Shown here: piece after piece, positions 27,437 through 36,529 of the stretch | How the letters are laid out: each line of letters opens with the position of its first letter | Numbering within the stretch: the first letter of the stretch is position 1 | From: a bacterium | GTDB taxonomy: Bacteria; Chloroflexota; Dormibacteria; Aeolococcales; Bog-877 | Assembly: GCA_021816695.1 (NCBI GenBank) | Contig: JAKAXE010000003.1 | Span: 1,573 to 65,572 of the forward strand | Reading direction: 5' to 3' | DNA length: 64,000 nt | Position numbers and translations under genes: made by a program | The notes under the pieces: generated by a model | What the model was told of the DNA's origin: nothing | Databases searched by the model: none | What the model saw: only the letters and a program-made list of their open reading frames with translations

Positions 27437-28765
27437 CTACCGAGCCGTAACCGGGCGCTGACCCCAAGAACGCCCCAGCGCCAGCCCCCCAGCGGCCACC
27501 AGGCAGACCCCGAGGAAGGCAATGACGTCGCTGGCCCCCACCACGTCCGCCACTGCCCCCGCGACCAGCAGCGGCAGGGCGATGGCGAGGTTGATGAGCA
27601 AAAAGGCGCCCCCAAAGATCCTCCCCCGGGTCGTCTCCTCGGTGCCTTCCTGGATCAGCACCAGGCAGGGGATGAGCACGGCACCGAGCCCCGCCCCGAA
27701 GATCACCGCCAGCCCGATGGCCAGGGGGACCAAGGCCCCATCCACCCCCAGCTGACGGAGGATGGGGGGAAGGACGCCCAGGACCAGCATGGCGGCCCCG
27801 GCCAGCGTCAGCCCCAGCGAAGCCCTCCTCGCCCCGCCGGCGATCCCCGGCCGCCGGCTGATGAGGGTCCCGGCCAACACCATGCCCACGGTGGCGGGCA
27901 CCAGAAGGATGTAGCTGTCCTGCGGTCGGCGCAGCAGGACGTGCTGCATATAGCCGGCGGAGAGGGCAAAGATGGTGAAGACGATCACCAGGGCCAGGGT
28001 CAGCATCCCGAAGGCGAAGGGCAGAATCGGGCTCTCCCGGATCACCACCAGCACCTCGCGCACCTCTTCCACGGTTCGGCCGATCCCGCGGGAGACGGAA
28101 CGGGACTCCGAGTGGGCGGCTGCCAGCCGGGCCCGGATCAGCCAGACAGCGCCCGACGCCAGGGCGAAGAGGCTGGCGCCGAAGTAGTAGGGGCCCTCCT
28201 GCCCCAGCAACCGCTGGGCCAGGGATGCCAGGGGGACGGAGACGACGATGGTCATGACGATGGTCACGGTGAACAGCGAGGTGGCCGCCGGCACGTCCTC
28301 GCGCCGCACCAAGGTGGGAATGCTGGCCGCCTCGGCGGGAGCGAAGAGCTGCCCGACACCGGCGAACACCAGGGTGATGGCATAGAGCGGCGCCGCCTGG
28401 TGCTGGGCCACTCCCGTCAATTCCAACAGGGGCACTCCCAGTACCAGGATCCCCCGGCTGAGGTTGGTCCACATCATGAGGACCTTCTTGTCGTAGCGGT
28501 CGGCGAAGATCCCGGCCGGCACCGATAGGAACACCGCGGGGATGGTGTAGGCCAGGAGGAGGGCAGCGTCGCTGAGGTACAGGTGGGTGAGCGAGTAAAT
28601 GGACAGCAGGAGCGAGAAGGCGAAGAACTTGTCCCCCAGCTGAGCCGCCACCTGCGCGCCCCAGAGGAGACGGAAATCCCTGCTGGCCAAGGCCTGACGG
28701 AAGCCGGCGGGGCCAGGAGAGGAGGGCCGCTGGGTCCCAGGGACCCTCTGGCCCACAGCCGTCAT
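27437..28765 (-). CDS. MFS transporter (DHA3/H+ antiporter-like)
   Basis: F.LLW.AQ..AQLGD, G..ADRYDKK, F.PAE.A.IP, RGRIFG; about 12 TM helices; ATG 7 nt after TATATT. Confidence 0.88.
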   Translation of the reverse strand: MTAVGQRVPGTQRPSSPGPAGFRQALASRDFRLLWGAQVAAQLGDKFFAFSLLLSIYSLTHLYLSDAALLLAYTIPAVFLSVPAGIFADRYDKKVLMMWTNLSRGILVLGVPLLELTGVAQHQAAPLYAITLVFAGVGQLFAPAEAASIPTLVRREDVPAATSLFTVTIVMTIVVSVPLASLAQRLLGQEGPYYFGASLFALASGAVWLIRARLAAAHSESRSVSRGIGRTVEEVREVLVVIRESPILPFAFGMLTLALVIVFTIFALSAGYMQHVLLRRPQDSYILLVPATVGMVLAGTLISRRPGIAGGARRASLGLTLAGAAMLVLGVLPPILRQLGVDGALVPLAIGLAVIFGAGLGAVLIPCLVLIQEGTEETTRGRIFGGAFLLINLAIALPLLVAGAVADVVGASDVIAFLGVCLVAAGGLALGRSWGQRPVTAR

Positions 28766-28778
28766 GGGGCGGAATATA

Positions 28779-29630
28779 TCACTGCCAGTCCCCTTCTCCC
28801 TCCCCCAGGACAGTGGCCAGCCTGACCCACTGCTCAAGGTCGATCGCCCCCGGGCGCTGGGCGGGGTCGATCTGGGCCATCTCCAACAGCCGACCGGCCC
28901 GCTGGGGGCTCACCCCCATGGCCAGGGCTACCCCGTGCCGCAACTGCTTGCGCCGCTGCTGGAAGATGGGGCGCGCCAGCTGCATAAGAGCCTCCCGCGC
29001 CCGGCGTTCGAGCGCCCTACGGGGAACCAGCTTGACCAGGGCGCTGCTCACCTTGGGGCGCGGCCAGAAGCTCTCCGGGCCCACCTGAAGCCGGACCTCG
29101 CAGCTGGCGGCAAGCTGGACCGCCAGCGTGGCCAGGGACCACCTGCCCACTGGCGCCGCCAGCCGCAGCGCCACCTCCCGTTGGAGCAGGACATGGCAGC
29201 TGAGCGGGGCGGGCTCCATGTCCAGCAGGTGACCGAGGAGCGCACCGGTGATGCTGTAGGGCAGGTTACCCACCACGATGTAGGGCGGGCTGAGCCCCAG
29301 CTCCGCCGGGCCGACACGCAGAGCGCTCTCCTCCACCACCCGGAGCTCGGGGTGGCGGACCCGAAGCAGCCCGAGGGCCACCACCGCGCGGTGGTCCACC
29401 TCAACCCCGACCACCGTACGGCCCGCCTCCAGCAGCCCCTGGGTCAGCGAACCAAGACCCGGCCCGATCTCCAGGACGAGCGGGGGGAGAGCTGGCAGGG
29501 ACGCCACGATGGCGTCCCGCACCTGCCGGTCGACCAGGAAGCTTTGTCCCCGGCCCCGCTCCGGGGAGAGGCCGAAGCGCCGGGCCACGGCCCTGGTGGT
29601 GGACTCCCGGCATAGGTCGAGCCCCCTCAC
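28779..29630 (-). CDS. rsmA: 16S rRNA dimethyladenosine transferase RsmA/KsgA
   Basis: GQSFLVD, EIGPGLGSLT, EVD, GNLPYSIT, F.P.PKV.S, F.QRRK.L. Confidence 0.95.
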   Translation of the reverse strand: MRGLDLCRESTTRAVARRFGLSPERGRGQSFLVDRQVRDAIVASLPALPPLVLEIGPGLGSLTQGLLEAGRTVVGVEVDHRAVVALGLLRVRHPELRVVEESALRVGPAELGLSPPYIVVGNLPYSITGALLGHLLDMEPAPLSCHVLLQREVALRLAAPVGRWSLATLAVQLAASCEVRLQVGPESFWPRPKVSSALVKLVPRRALERRAREALMQLARPIFQQRRKQLRHGVALAMGVSPQRAGRLLEMAQIDPAQRPGAIDLEQWVRLATVLGEGEGDWQ

Positions 29631-30421
29631 GGCGGGGGAAGCTGGAAGAAGGCCCGGGCCGCGGAACTGCTCCGCTTCGCCACCAACTCCAGCTCCATTC
29701 CAAGATGGCCGGCCAGCCAGGACGCCGTCAACCGAACCAGGGCCGGATGGCACAGGCGGCCGCGAAGCGGATGAGGCGCCAGGAACGGGGAGTCGGTCTC
29801 CAGGAGCAGCAGCTCAGGGGGCACCGCCAGCACCGCCTCCCGCAGCTCCGCGGCGGACCGAAAGGTGAGGTTGCCGGCGAACGAGCAGTGGAGCTTGCGG
29901 GATACCGCTGCCTGCGCGAACCCGGCGCCCCCGCTGAAGCAGTGGAGCATGGTCGGGACCCGCGGGGAGGCGTCCAGCACCTCCAGCAGCTCCCAGCCCG
30001 CGTCTCGCTGGTGGATTACCACCGGCTTGCCGACCTCCGCGGCCAGCTCCAACATCCCCCGCAGTAGGCTGCGCTGTTCTCCTGGGTCCCAGATGGTCCC
30101 CCCATCTCGCTGGTGATAGTCCAGGCCAACCTCACCCAGGGCCACGGCCCGCGGGTGGGCGAGGAGGTCCCGCAGTTCCCGCCTCTCCGCGCCCGAAGGG
30201 GCACGACCGTTGTTGGGGTGCCAGCCCGGGGTGAAGTAGACCCCCTGGTAGGTCTCGGCCAGCTCCCGGGCCCGGTGGTTCTCGGCCGGGGAGTCCCCAC
30301 TGGTGACCATCTGCAATACCCCGGCGGCGGCGGCCGCGGAGATCGCCTCTTCGGCGGGCATCCCTCGCCTCTCCAGCTCATCCAAGTGGCAGTGGGCGTC
30401 CACCAGCTGGATCTCACCCAT
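29627..30421 (-). CDS. tatD: TatD family nuclease
   Basis: DAHCHL, G.HP, GEVGLDY, PVVIH.R, HCFSG, ETDSPFL.P. Confidence 0.93.
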   Translation of the reverse strand: MGEIQLVDAHCHLDELERRGMPAEEAISAAAAAGVLQMVTSGDSPAENHRARELAETYQGVYFTPGWHPNNGRAPSGAERRELRDLLAHPRAVALGEVGLDYHQRDGGTIWDPGEQRSLLRGMLELAAEVGKPVVIHQRDAGWELLEVLDASPRVPTMLHCFSGGAGFAQAAVSRKLHCSFAGNLTFRSAAELREAVLAVPPELLLLETDSPFLAPHPLRGRLCHPALVRLTASWLAGHLGMELELVAKRSSSAARAFFQLPPP

Positions 30422-31094
30422 GGCGCGCGTCTCGGGGTGGGGCCTCCACCACCACCGTGCACTCCCCGCGCGCCGGTGCCGAGCGGAACTGCGCCGCCAG
30501 CTCAGCGGCGGTGCCGAGGTGCCAGCTCTCATGCAGCTTGGAGATCTCCCGAGCCACCGCCAGCTGCCGGTCCGGCAGCAGCTCAGCTAAGAGCGAGAGG
30601 GTCGCGGGCAAGCGCTGCGGGGCCTCGAAGAAGACCAGGGCCAGGTCGGGCGCCGAGCCCAGAACCCGCGCCATCCGACCGCGGGTTCGGGGCAAAAAGC
30701 CAAGGAAGGCGAAGCGGTCGGCGCGCAGCCCAGAAGCTGCCACAGCGGCCACCACCGCCGAGGGGCCGGGGATTGCCAGCACCTGGTGGCCTGCGGCCCG
30801 CACCGCGGCCACCAGCCTTCGGCCGGGGTCGCTGATCCCCGGGGTGCCGGCGTCCGAGATCAGGGCGACGTCAACGCGGTCCAGCGCCGCGAGAACCTTC
30901 TCGATGCGCTCCGCCTCCCGTGGCGCGGGCAGGGAGATCATCTGCGGCCTTAGCCCCAGGTGGTCGAGCAGGCGGCGGCTGTGCCTGGGGTCCTCTGCGA
31001 CCACCACCGGGGCGGAGCGCAGGACCTGTTCGGCGCGATGGGAGACGTCGCCCAGGTTGCCGATCGGAGTGGCCACCACGTGGAGGGTTCCCAT
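30414..31094 (-). CDS. rsmI: 16S rRNA C1402 2'-O-methyltransferase
   Basis: VATPIGNL.D, AED.R, SDAGTPGISDPG, PGPSA, F.GFLP, REISKLHE. Confidence 0.95.
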   Translation of the reverse strand: MGTLHVVATPIGNLGDVSHRAEQVLRSAPVVVAEDPRHSRRLLDHLGLRPQMISLPAPREAERIEKVLAALDRVDVALISDAGTPGISDPGRRLVAAVRAAGHQVLAIPGPSAVVAAVAASGLRADRFAFLGFLPRTRGRMARVLGSAPDLALVFFEAPQRLPATLSLLAELLPDRQLAVAREISKLHESWHLGTAAELAAQFRSAPARGECTVVVEAPPRDARHG

Positions 31095-31106
31095 CTGGAG
31101 GCGGCC

Positions 31107-33857
31107 TCAGGGGGTCGGCCGCGGCCCCCGCCGCGCCCGCACGAACTCCCCCACCAGCGTGCCGACCGCCTCCACCGGTTGGTCGGATATGGTCGCCCGG
31201 GGCAGGGCGTCGACGAAGCTCTGACCGTAGCGGCGCTGGTGGATCCGAGGGTCACAGACCACCACCGCGCCCCGGTCCTCCCGGCCCCGCACCAGCCGGC
31301 CGAACCCCTGCTTGAGGCGAAGCACGGCCTCCGGGAGGGAGAGCTGAGTGAAGGAGTCGGGGCGGCCCCGGGCCCGGGCCTGGAAGATGGGGTCGGAGGG
31401 CACCGGGAAGGGCAGCTTGTCGATGACGACACACTGGAGCAGATCGCCGGGCAGGTCGATCCCCTCCCAAAAGCTGCTGGTGCCCATGAGCACGGTGCGG
31501 GGGTGGTCGCGAAAGCCGCGCAGCAGCTGGTTGCGGGTCCCGTCCAGCCCCTGGGCCAGGAGGGCGATCCCCCGGCCCTGGAGGCGTGGGCGCAGCCGGG
31601 AGGCAACCTCTCTCAGGGCGGCGTACCCGGTGAAGAGGACCAGCGTGCGCCCGCCCAGGTCGGTGGCCACCTCGTCGACCAGCCGGGCCACCACCTCAGC
31701 GTGCCGGGGGTCGTCATGGGGCGGGATCCCCCTGGGGATGCAGAGAAGCGCTTGGCTCAGGAAGTCGAACGGCGAGTCCAGCACCAGCTCCTCCCCGCCG
31801 TCGAATCCCAGCCGGTCGCGCACGTAGCGAAACGAGCCCGCCACCGCCAGGGTGGCCGAGGTGAGCACCACCGTGTCCATCCGGGAGAAGAGCTGCTCGG
31901 ACAGGGTGGCTCCGATCTCATAGGGGGCGGAGCGCAGCACCGCGCGGCCCCTGGCCTCCAGCTCCGCCCAGACCACCCGCGGGCTCTCCGCCGGCTCGCC
32001 GGCCGCAGCTACCAGGGCGGAGCCCAGGAAGTCGGCGCAGCTCTGGAGGGCGTCCGCCGCCAACAGGCATTCCCGAGCGGCGTTGTCCGGTTGCGGCCAA
32101 AGCATCTCCTGCAAGGGCGCGGCTACCGCCGCCTGTCGCAGCCCTACCGCGGCCCGTTGAGCGGCCGCCTGGGCACGGCCCAGCGCGCGGGAACATCGGG
32201 TCCAGGCCGGGTCCCCGGCCAGCCGCGGGTCCAGCACCAGGGCCCCGCGGTCGCCGTCCTCGGCCCTCTTCTCCAGCAGCTGCCGCAGCTCCGCGAAGGC
32301 GCCCTGCGCCCCCTCGCGGGCCGAGCGCAGCCAGCCTCCCAGGGGAGCGTCGGCGAACCGGGGCAGCCTGTCGACCACCGCGGCGACTCTTCCTGGCCCC
32401 AGACGGTCCGACTGGGCCTGGGTGGCGGCCTCCTCGAGGTGGTGGGCCTCGTCCACCACGAGCCGCCGGGACTCGGGCAGGATGGATCCGCCGCTGTCGG
32501 CGTCGGCCAGGAGCAGGGCGTGGTTGACGATGACCAGGTCCGCCTCGCGAGCCTCCAACCGGGCTCGAGCCATGAAGCATCGCCGGTCCCGCCAGTTGTG
32601 GCAGGCCGGCCCCAGGCAGTCGTCCACCGCCGAGCCCACCTGCTCCCACAGCTCGGGGTCGCGGCCCGCCAGCCTAAGCTCCCCCCGATCCCCGGTCTCG
32701 GTCTGCTCCGCCCAGACCACCAGGCGCAGCTGGAAGCGGAGCTCGTCGAGGTCCCGGCGCCGCCCCCCAGAGGGAGCCGAGCGAAGCCATCTCTCCAGCC
32801 GCCTCAGGCTCACGTAGTTGCCCCGGCCCTTGAGCACCACGGCCCTCACCGGCAGGGGCCGCGCCGCCTCCAGCGCAGGCAGGTCCTTCCCCACCAGCTG
32901 CTCCTGGAGGGTGATGGTGTGGGTGGAGATGAGAACGCGGTCCCCGGTGCGGTTGGCCCACTCGCGCGCCGGGTGGAGGTAGGCGAGGGACTTGCCAACC
33001 CCGGTGCCGGCCTCAACCAGTAGCCGGAGCTCCCGGTTGAAGGCCTGGGTCACCGCCACCGCCATCTGCTGCTGCTCCTCGCGAAGCTCAAAGGAGGGAT
33101 CGGCCGCCGCCAGCACTCCACCCTCAGCGAAGTCCGCGGCCACCTCGGAAGGGTCGAGCCGACCCCCGGGGTGCGGGCTGGGCGGCGCGGGACGGGACGG
33201 CGGCCGGACCGTGAGCCGGTCTTCGACGCCCGGCCCTGTGGGCTGAAGCTGGCTGGCCATGAACTCGCCCGTCGCCCATCCGCTCCCAGTGGCCATCGCC
33301 GCCAGGCGGGCCCTCAAGCCGGGTGTCAGATTGCGCATCTCCTCCACCAGCCGCCAGAGGAGAAGCCTGGTGGTATCCGCATCCGACAGCGCTCGGTGGG
33401 GACGGTCGTGGACCAGGCCCAATGCTTGGCCGAGCTGCTCCAGGCTGTGGCTGGGCGCGCGGGGCAAGATGATCCGGGCCAGCTCCGAGGTGTCCACGGC
33501 CGGGCGCTGGGCGAATTCGGAGGGCAGGATAGCGGAGCAGAAGGCGAGGTCGAAGGAGACCCCGTGGCCGACCAGGACGGCTCCGCGGGCGAAATCCGCT
33601 AGCTGGGCCACCACCTCCGCAGGGCTCGGCTGACCGGCCAGGTCGTGGTCAGATAGCCCACAGAGACGCTGGATGGCGAGAGGGAGCGGCTGGCCCGGAT
33701 CGGCCAGAGAGGTCAGCTGGCCCACAGGACCCTCAGCTGTGAAGCGTACAGCCCCCACCTCGATGATCCGGTCGGACCGCGGCGATAGTCCAGTCGTCTC
33801 CAGATCGAACGCCACGTACTCAGTCCCGGGACCGAACTCCAACACTGGGACTCCCAC
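31107..33857 (-). CDS. dinG: DEDDh 3'-5' exonuclease fused to DinG-family helicase
   Basis: FDLETTG, HRALSDA; EAGTGVGKS, LKGR.NY, VDEAHHL, TSATL, FWEGID.PG, QGFGRL.R. Confidence 0.9.
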   Translation of the reverse strand: MGVPVLEFGPGTEYVAFDLETTGLSPRSDRIIEVGAVRFTAEGPVGQLTSLADPGQPLPLAIQRLCGLSDHDLAGQPSPAEVVAQLADFARGAVLVGHGVSFDLAFCSAILPSEFAQRPAVDTSELARIILPRAPSHSLEQLGQALGLVHDRPHRALSDADTTRLLLWRLVEEMRNLTPGLRARLAAMATGSGWATGEFMASQLQPTGPGVEDRLTVRPPSRPAPPSPHPGGRLDPSEVAADFAEGGVLAAADPSFELREEQQQMAVAVTQAFNRELRLLVEAGTGVGKSLAYLHPAREWANRTGDRVLISTHTITLQEQLVGKDLPALEAARPLPVRAVVLKGRGNYVSLRRLERWLRSAPSGGRRRDLDELRFQLRLVVWAEQTETGDRGELRLAGRDPELWEQVGSAVDDCLGPACHNWRDRRCFMARARLEAREADLVIVNHALLLADADSGGSILPESRRLVVDEAHHLEEAATQAQSDRLGPGRVAAVVDRLPRFADAPLGGWLRSAREGAQGAFAELRQLLEKRAEDGDRGALVLDPRLAGDPAWTRCSRALGRAQAAAQRAAVGLRQAAVAAPLQEMLWPQPDNAARECLLAADALQSCADFLGSALVAAAGEPAESPRVVWAELEARGRAVLRSAPYEIGATLSEQLFSRMDTVVLTSATLAVAGSFRYVRDRLGFDGGEELVLDSPFDFLSQALLCIPRGIPPHDDPRHAEVVARLVDEVATDLGGRTLVLFTGYAALREVASRLRPRLQGRGIALLAQGLDGTRNQLLRGFRDHPRTVLMGTSSFWEGIDLPGDLLQCVVIDKLPFPVPSDPIFQARARGRPDSFTQLSLPEAVLRLKQGFGRLVRGREDRGAVVVCDPRIHQRRYGQSFVDALPRATISDQPVEAVGTLVGEFVRARRGPRPTP

Positions 33858-33858
33858 T

Positions 33859-34560
33859 TCAGTTGGGCCGGCTGGTCGAGGTTTCCACCCCAAGCTCGTG
33901 GCAGCGCCGCAGGATCAGGCGGGCCACCTCCTCGGCGTCGATCGGGGCCGTGTCGATCACCATCGCCCCCTCAGGGATGGCGAGCGGAGCTGCCTCCCGG
34001 GTGCGGTCGCGGTGGTCCCGCTCGGCCAGGTCCTCGCGTACCGCGACCTCCGCGCTGGCCAGGCCGAGCCGCTCCAGCTCCGATCGGCGGCGCTCCATCC
34101 TGACCTCGAACGGGGCGTCCAGATAGACCTTCACCTCCGCGTCAGGGAACACCGTCGAACCGGCGTCCCGGCCGACCGCCACCACGCCAGCGCCTCCCAG
34201 CCGGCGCTGCAGAGGAAGGAGGGCGGCACGGACCGCCGGCTCGGCGGCGATTCGGGCCAGCAGGACAGCGTTTCCCGGGGCCCACAGTTCGGCGCCCAGG
34301 TCACGGCCGCCGATGCGCACCCGCCACGCTCCTTCGGGAGCCATCGGGTCCAGGTTGACCACCAGATCGAGCCCTCTGACCAGCTCCGCAGCGCCCTCGG
34401 GCCCGACCGCGCGCTCGGCCGCCACCAGCGCGAGGGCCCGGTAGAGGAGCCCGGTGTCGAGGAACGGCAGCTGCAATTCGCGGGCCACCCTCCTCCCCAC
34501 CGTGGACTTCCCCACCCCGGCCGGCCCGTCGATGGTCACGGAGATGGGTGCGGACTTCAC
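33859..34560 (-). CDS. cmk: Cytidylate kinase
   Basis: IDGPAGVGKST, LDTG..YRA, GRD.G..VFPDA..K..L.A, RD..D..R. Confidence 0.93.
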   Translation of the reverse strand: MKSAPISVTIDGPAGVGKSTVGRRVARELQLPFLDTGLLYRALALVAAERAVGPEGAAELVRGLDLVVNLDPMAPEGAWRVRIGGRDLGAELWAPGNAVLLARIAAEPAVRAALLPLQRRLGGAGVVAVGRDAGSTVFPDAEVKVYLDAPFEVRMERRRSELERLGLASAEVAVREDLAERDHRDRTREAAPLAIPEGAMVIDTAPIDAEEVARLILRRCHELGVETSTSRPN

Positions 34561-35276
34561 ACCAGTCCCGCCTCACGGCGCAGCCGGGTCACCTCGGCCC
34601 GGCTCAGTTCGCGCACCGCCCCCGGCGGGAGGGTGCCCAGCCGGATGCCCGCGAACTCCACCCTCTCCAGGTCGAGGACGGTGGACCCCACCTGCTCCAG
34701 GATGCGCCGCAGCTCACGGTTCCGGCCTTCCCGCAGGGTGACGAAGAGAACCTCCCCCCGGGCCTCGGGCCGGACCGCTGTGGGGTGGGTGGGGCCGTCC
34801 TCAAGCACCGGGCCCTCCCGCAGCTCCTGCAGCTGGCGGCGGGAGATCGGCTGTCCCAGGCGCACCCGGTAGGTCTTGGAGGCACCGTACCTGGGGTGGG
34901 TCAGCCTCTGCGACAGCTCGCCATCGTCGGTGAGGAAGAGAAGGCCCCGGGAGTCCCGGTCCAGACGCCCCACGGGAAAGAGACCGGCCCCGTCCGGGAC
35001 CAGGTCAAGGACGGTCGGGCGGCCCTCGGGGTCCCGAACCGTGGAGACCACCCCCACGGGCTTGTTGAGCGCCAGGTACCGCCGGGGCCTCTGTTCGGAC
35101 GCGACTGGCCGGCCGTCCACCTCGATCAGGTCGCGGTCCGGCTCTATCAGCTGGCCGCTCGGAGAAGCCGTGACCCGGTTCACCATGACCCGGCCCTGGC
35201 GCAAGAGTTCGTCCGCGCCCCTTCGGGAGGCGATGCCCTGACGGGCCAGCCAGCGTCCAAGCCGCTCAGCCGGCAT
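34557..35276 (-). CDS. rluB: rRNA pseudouridine synthase (RluB/RsuA family)
   Basis: S4 domain ASRR.AD, NKP.G, PVGRLD.DS.GLL.LTDDG, EGRNRE.RR; follows scpB. Confidence 0.88.
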   Translation of the reverse strand: MPAERLGRWLARQGIASRRGADELLRQGRVMVNRVTASPSGQLIEPDRDLIEVDGRPVASEQRPRRYLALNKPVGVVSTVRDPEGRPTVLDLVPDGAGLFPVGRLDRDSRGLLFLTDDGELSQRLTHPRYGASKTYRVRLGQPISRRQLQELREGPVLEDGPTHPTAVRPEARGEVLFVTLREGRNRELRRILEQVGSTVLDLERVEFAGIRLGTLPPGAVRELSRAEVTRLRREAGLV

Positions 35277-35838
35277 CCGCCCTCCCCACGGCCCGGCGCA
35301 ACCAATCGTTGCCTCCGGCAGGCTCGAGTGGGGGAAGCTCGTCGATCGACGACAGCCCCACGACCTGCAGGAACCTCAGGGTGGTGGCGAAGAGGCGCGG
35401 GCGACCCGGCCCCTCTCCCCTCCCGACCTCGGTTATTAGGTCGTGAGCCTGAAGCCGCTCCAGCACCGCATCGCAGTTGACCCCCCGGATGGCCTCCACG
35501 CTGGCCCTGGATACCGGCTGGCGGTAGGCGACGATGGCCAGCGTCTCCAGGGCAGGGCGGGAAAGACGTCCGGCCACCTCAGGTTGAAGCGCCCTCTGAA
35601 CGGCCCAGACCGCGTCCGGGTGGCTCACCAGCTGGAGCTGATCGAGGTTGCGTTGCAGCAGAAGTCCCGTGCCCTCGAGGAGCACAGCGGCCAGCTCGGC
35701 AGCCCGCCTCACCGCCTGCCTGTCGGCCCCCAAGGCCGTCGCCAGCTCCGCCACGGCGAGCGGCTCGGCGCGGACGAAGAGGATCGCGACCAGCGCTCCG
35801 GCCAGCGCCTCCGGCTCTGACCTCGGCTCAGCCGCCAA
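35266..35838 (-). CDS. scpB: SMC-Scp complex subunit ScpB
   Basis: AILF....P, LS.PALETLAIVAY.QP, IRGV, PGRP.LF.TT..FL...GL....LP. Confidence 0.93.
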   Translation of the reverse strand: MAAEPRSEPEALAGALVAILFVRAEPLAVAELATALGADRQAVRRAAELAAVLLEGTGLLLQRNLDQLQLVSHPDAVWAVQRALQPEVAGRLSRPALETLAIVAYRQPVSRASVEAIRGVNCDAVLERLQAHDLITEVGRGEGPGRPRLFATTLRFLQVVGLSSIDELPPLEPAGGNDWLRRAVGRADAG

Positions 35839-36529
35839 CGGGGAGCTCCACCCTGATCGGCCCGCCACCTCGCTGCTCGCAGATCGCCAGCCCGCGGTTG
35901 AGAAGGTCAAGCAGGGCCATGAAGAGAACCACCGCCTCCAGCCGGTCGGCGGCCGCGGCGAAGACCTGGTCGAATATGAGCTCTCCGCGGGCTCGCAGTT
36001 CCTCCAGCAGGTGAGCCGATCGGACCTCAATCGAGTAGCGCGGTGAGGTGGCCTCCATGGTCACCTGGGGAGGCAGGCGGGAGAGCACCTCTCCAAAGGC
36101 TGCCGCGAGCGCCTCTGGCTTCAGACGGATGGTGGGACGCGGCTCCACGGGCACCCCGAGGACGCGCAGAAATGCCTTGGGGCCGGTGGCGGCGTCCGCC
36201 AGCAGCACCTCGGCGGCGGCTTTGAACAGCCGGTACTCCTCCAGGCGAAGCGCGGGGTCGGGCTCAGGGTCGGCGAGGCTGGGCAGGGGAATCTCCGCCT
36301 CCTCGGGGTCGAACCGGCCCAGCTTCAGCTCCACCAGGCGGGTCAGCTCTCGGAGCGACTCCGCCGCCCACAGCAGGTCCAGGTTGTCTCCGTCCGCCTC
36401 CACCCTAGCCCGGAGTCGGGAGCTGAGCTCCGCCAGGGAGACCTCGGTCGGGTCGAGCTCCCGCCGCTGGAGGGCTGCGGCCAGAGTGGTGAGCTCCTCC
36501 AACTGGCTAGTCTGCCCAGGGTCAGCCAT
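35828..36529 (-). CDS. scpA: Segregation and condensation protein A (divergent kleisin)
   Basis: L.ELK, L.EYR.FK.AA, VV.F.ALLDL...G; directly upstream of scpB. Confidence 0.78.
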   Translation of the reverse strand: MADPGQTSQLEELTTLAAALQRRELDPTEVSLAELSSRLRARVEADGDNLDLLWAAESLRELTRLVELKLGRFDPEEAEIPLPSLADPEPDPALRLEEYRLFKAAAEVLLADAATGPKAFLRVLGVPVEPRPTIRLKPEALAAAFGEVLSRLPPQVTMEATSPRYSIEVRSAHLLEELRARGELIFDQVFAAAADRLEAVVLFMALLDLLNRGLAICEQRGGGPIRVELPVGG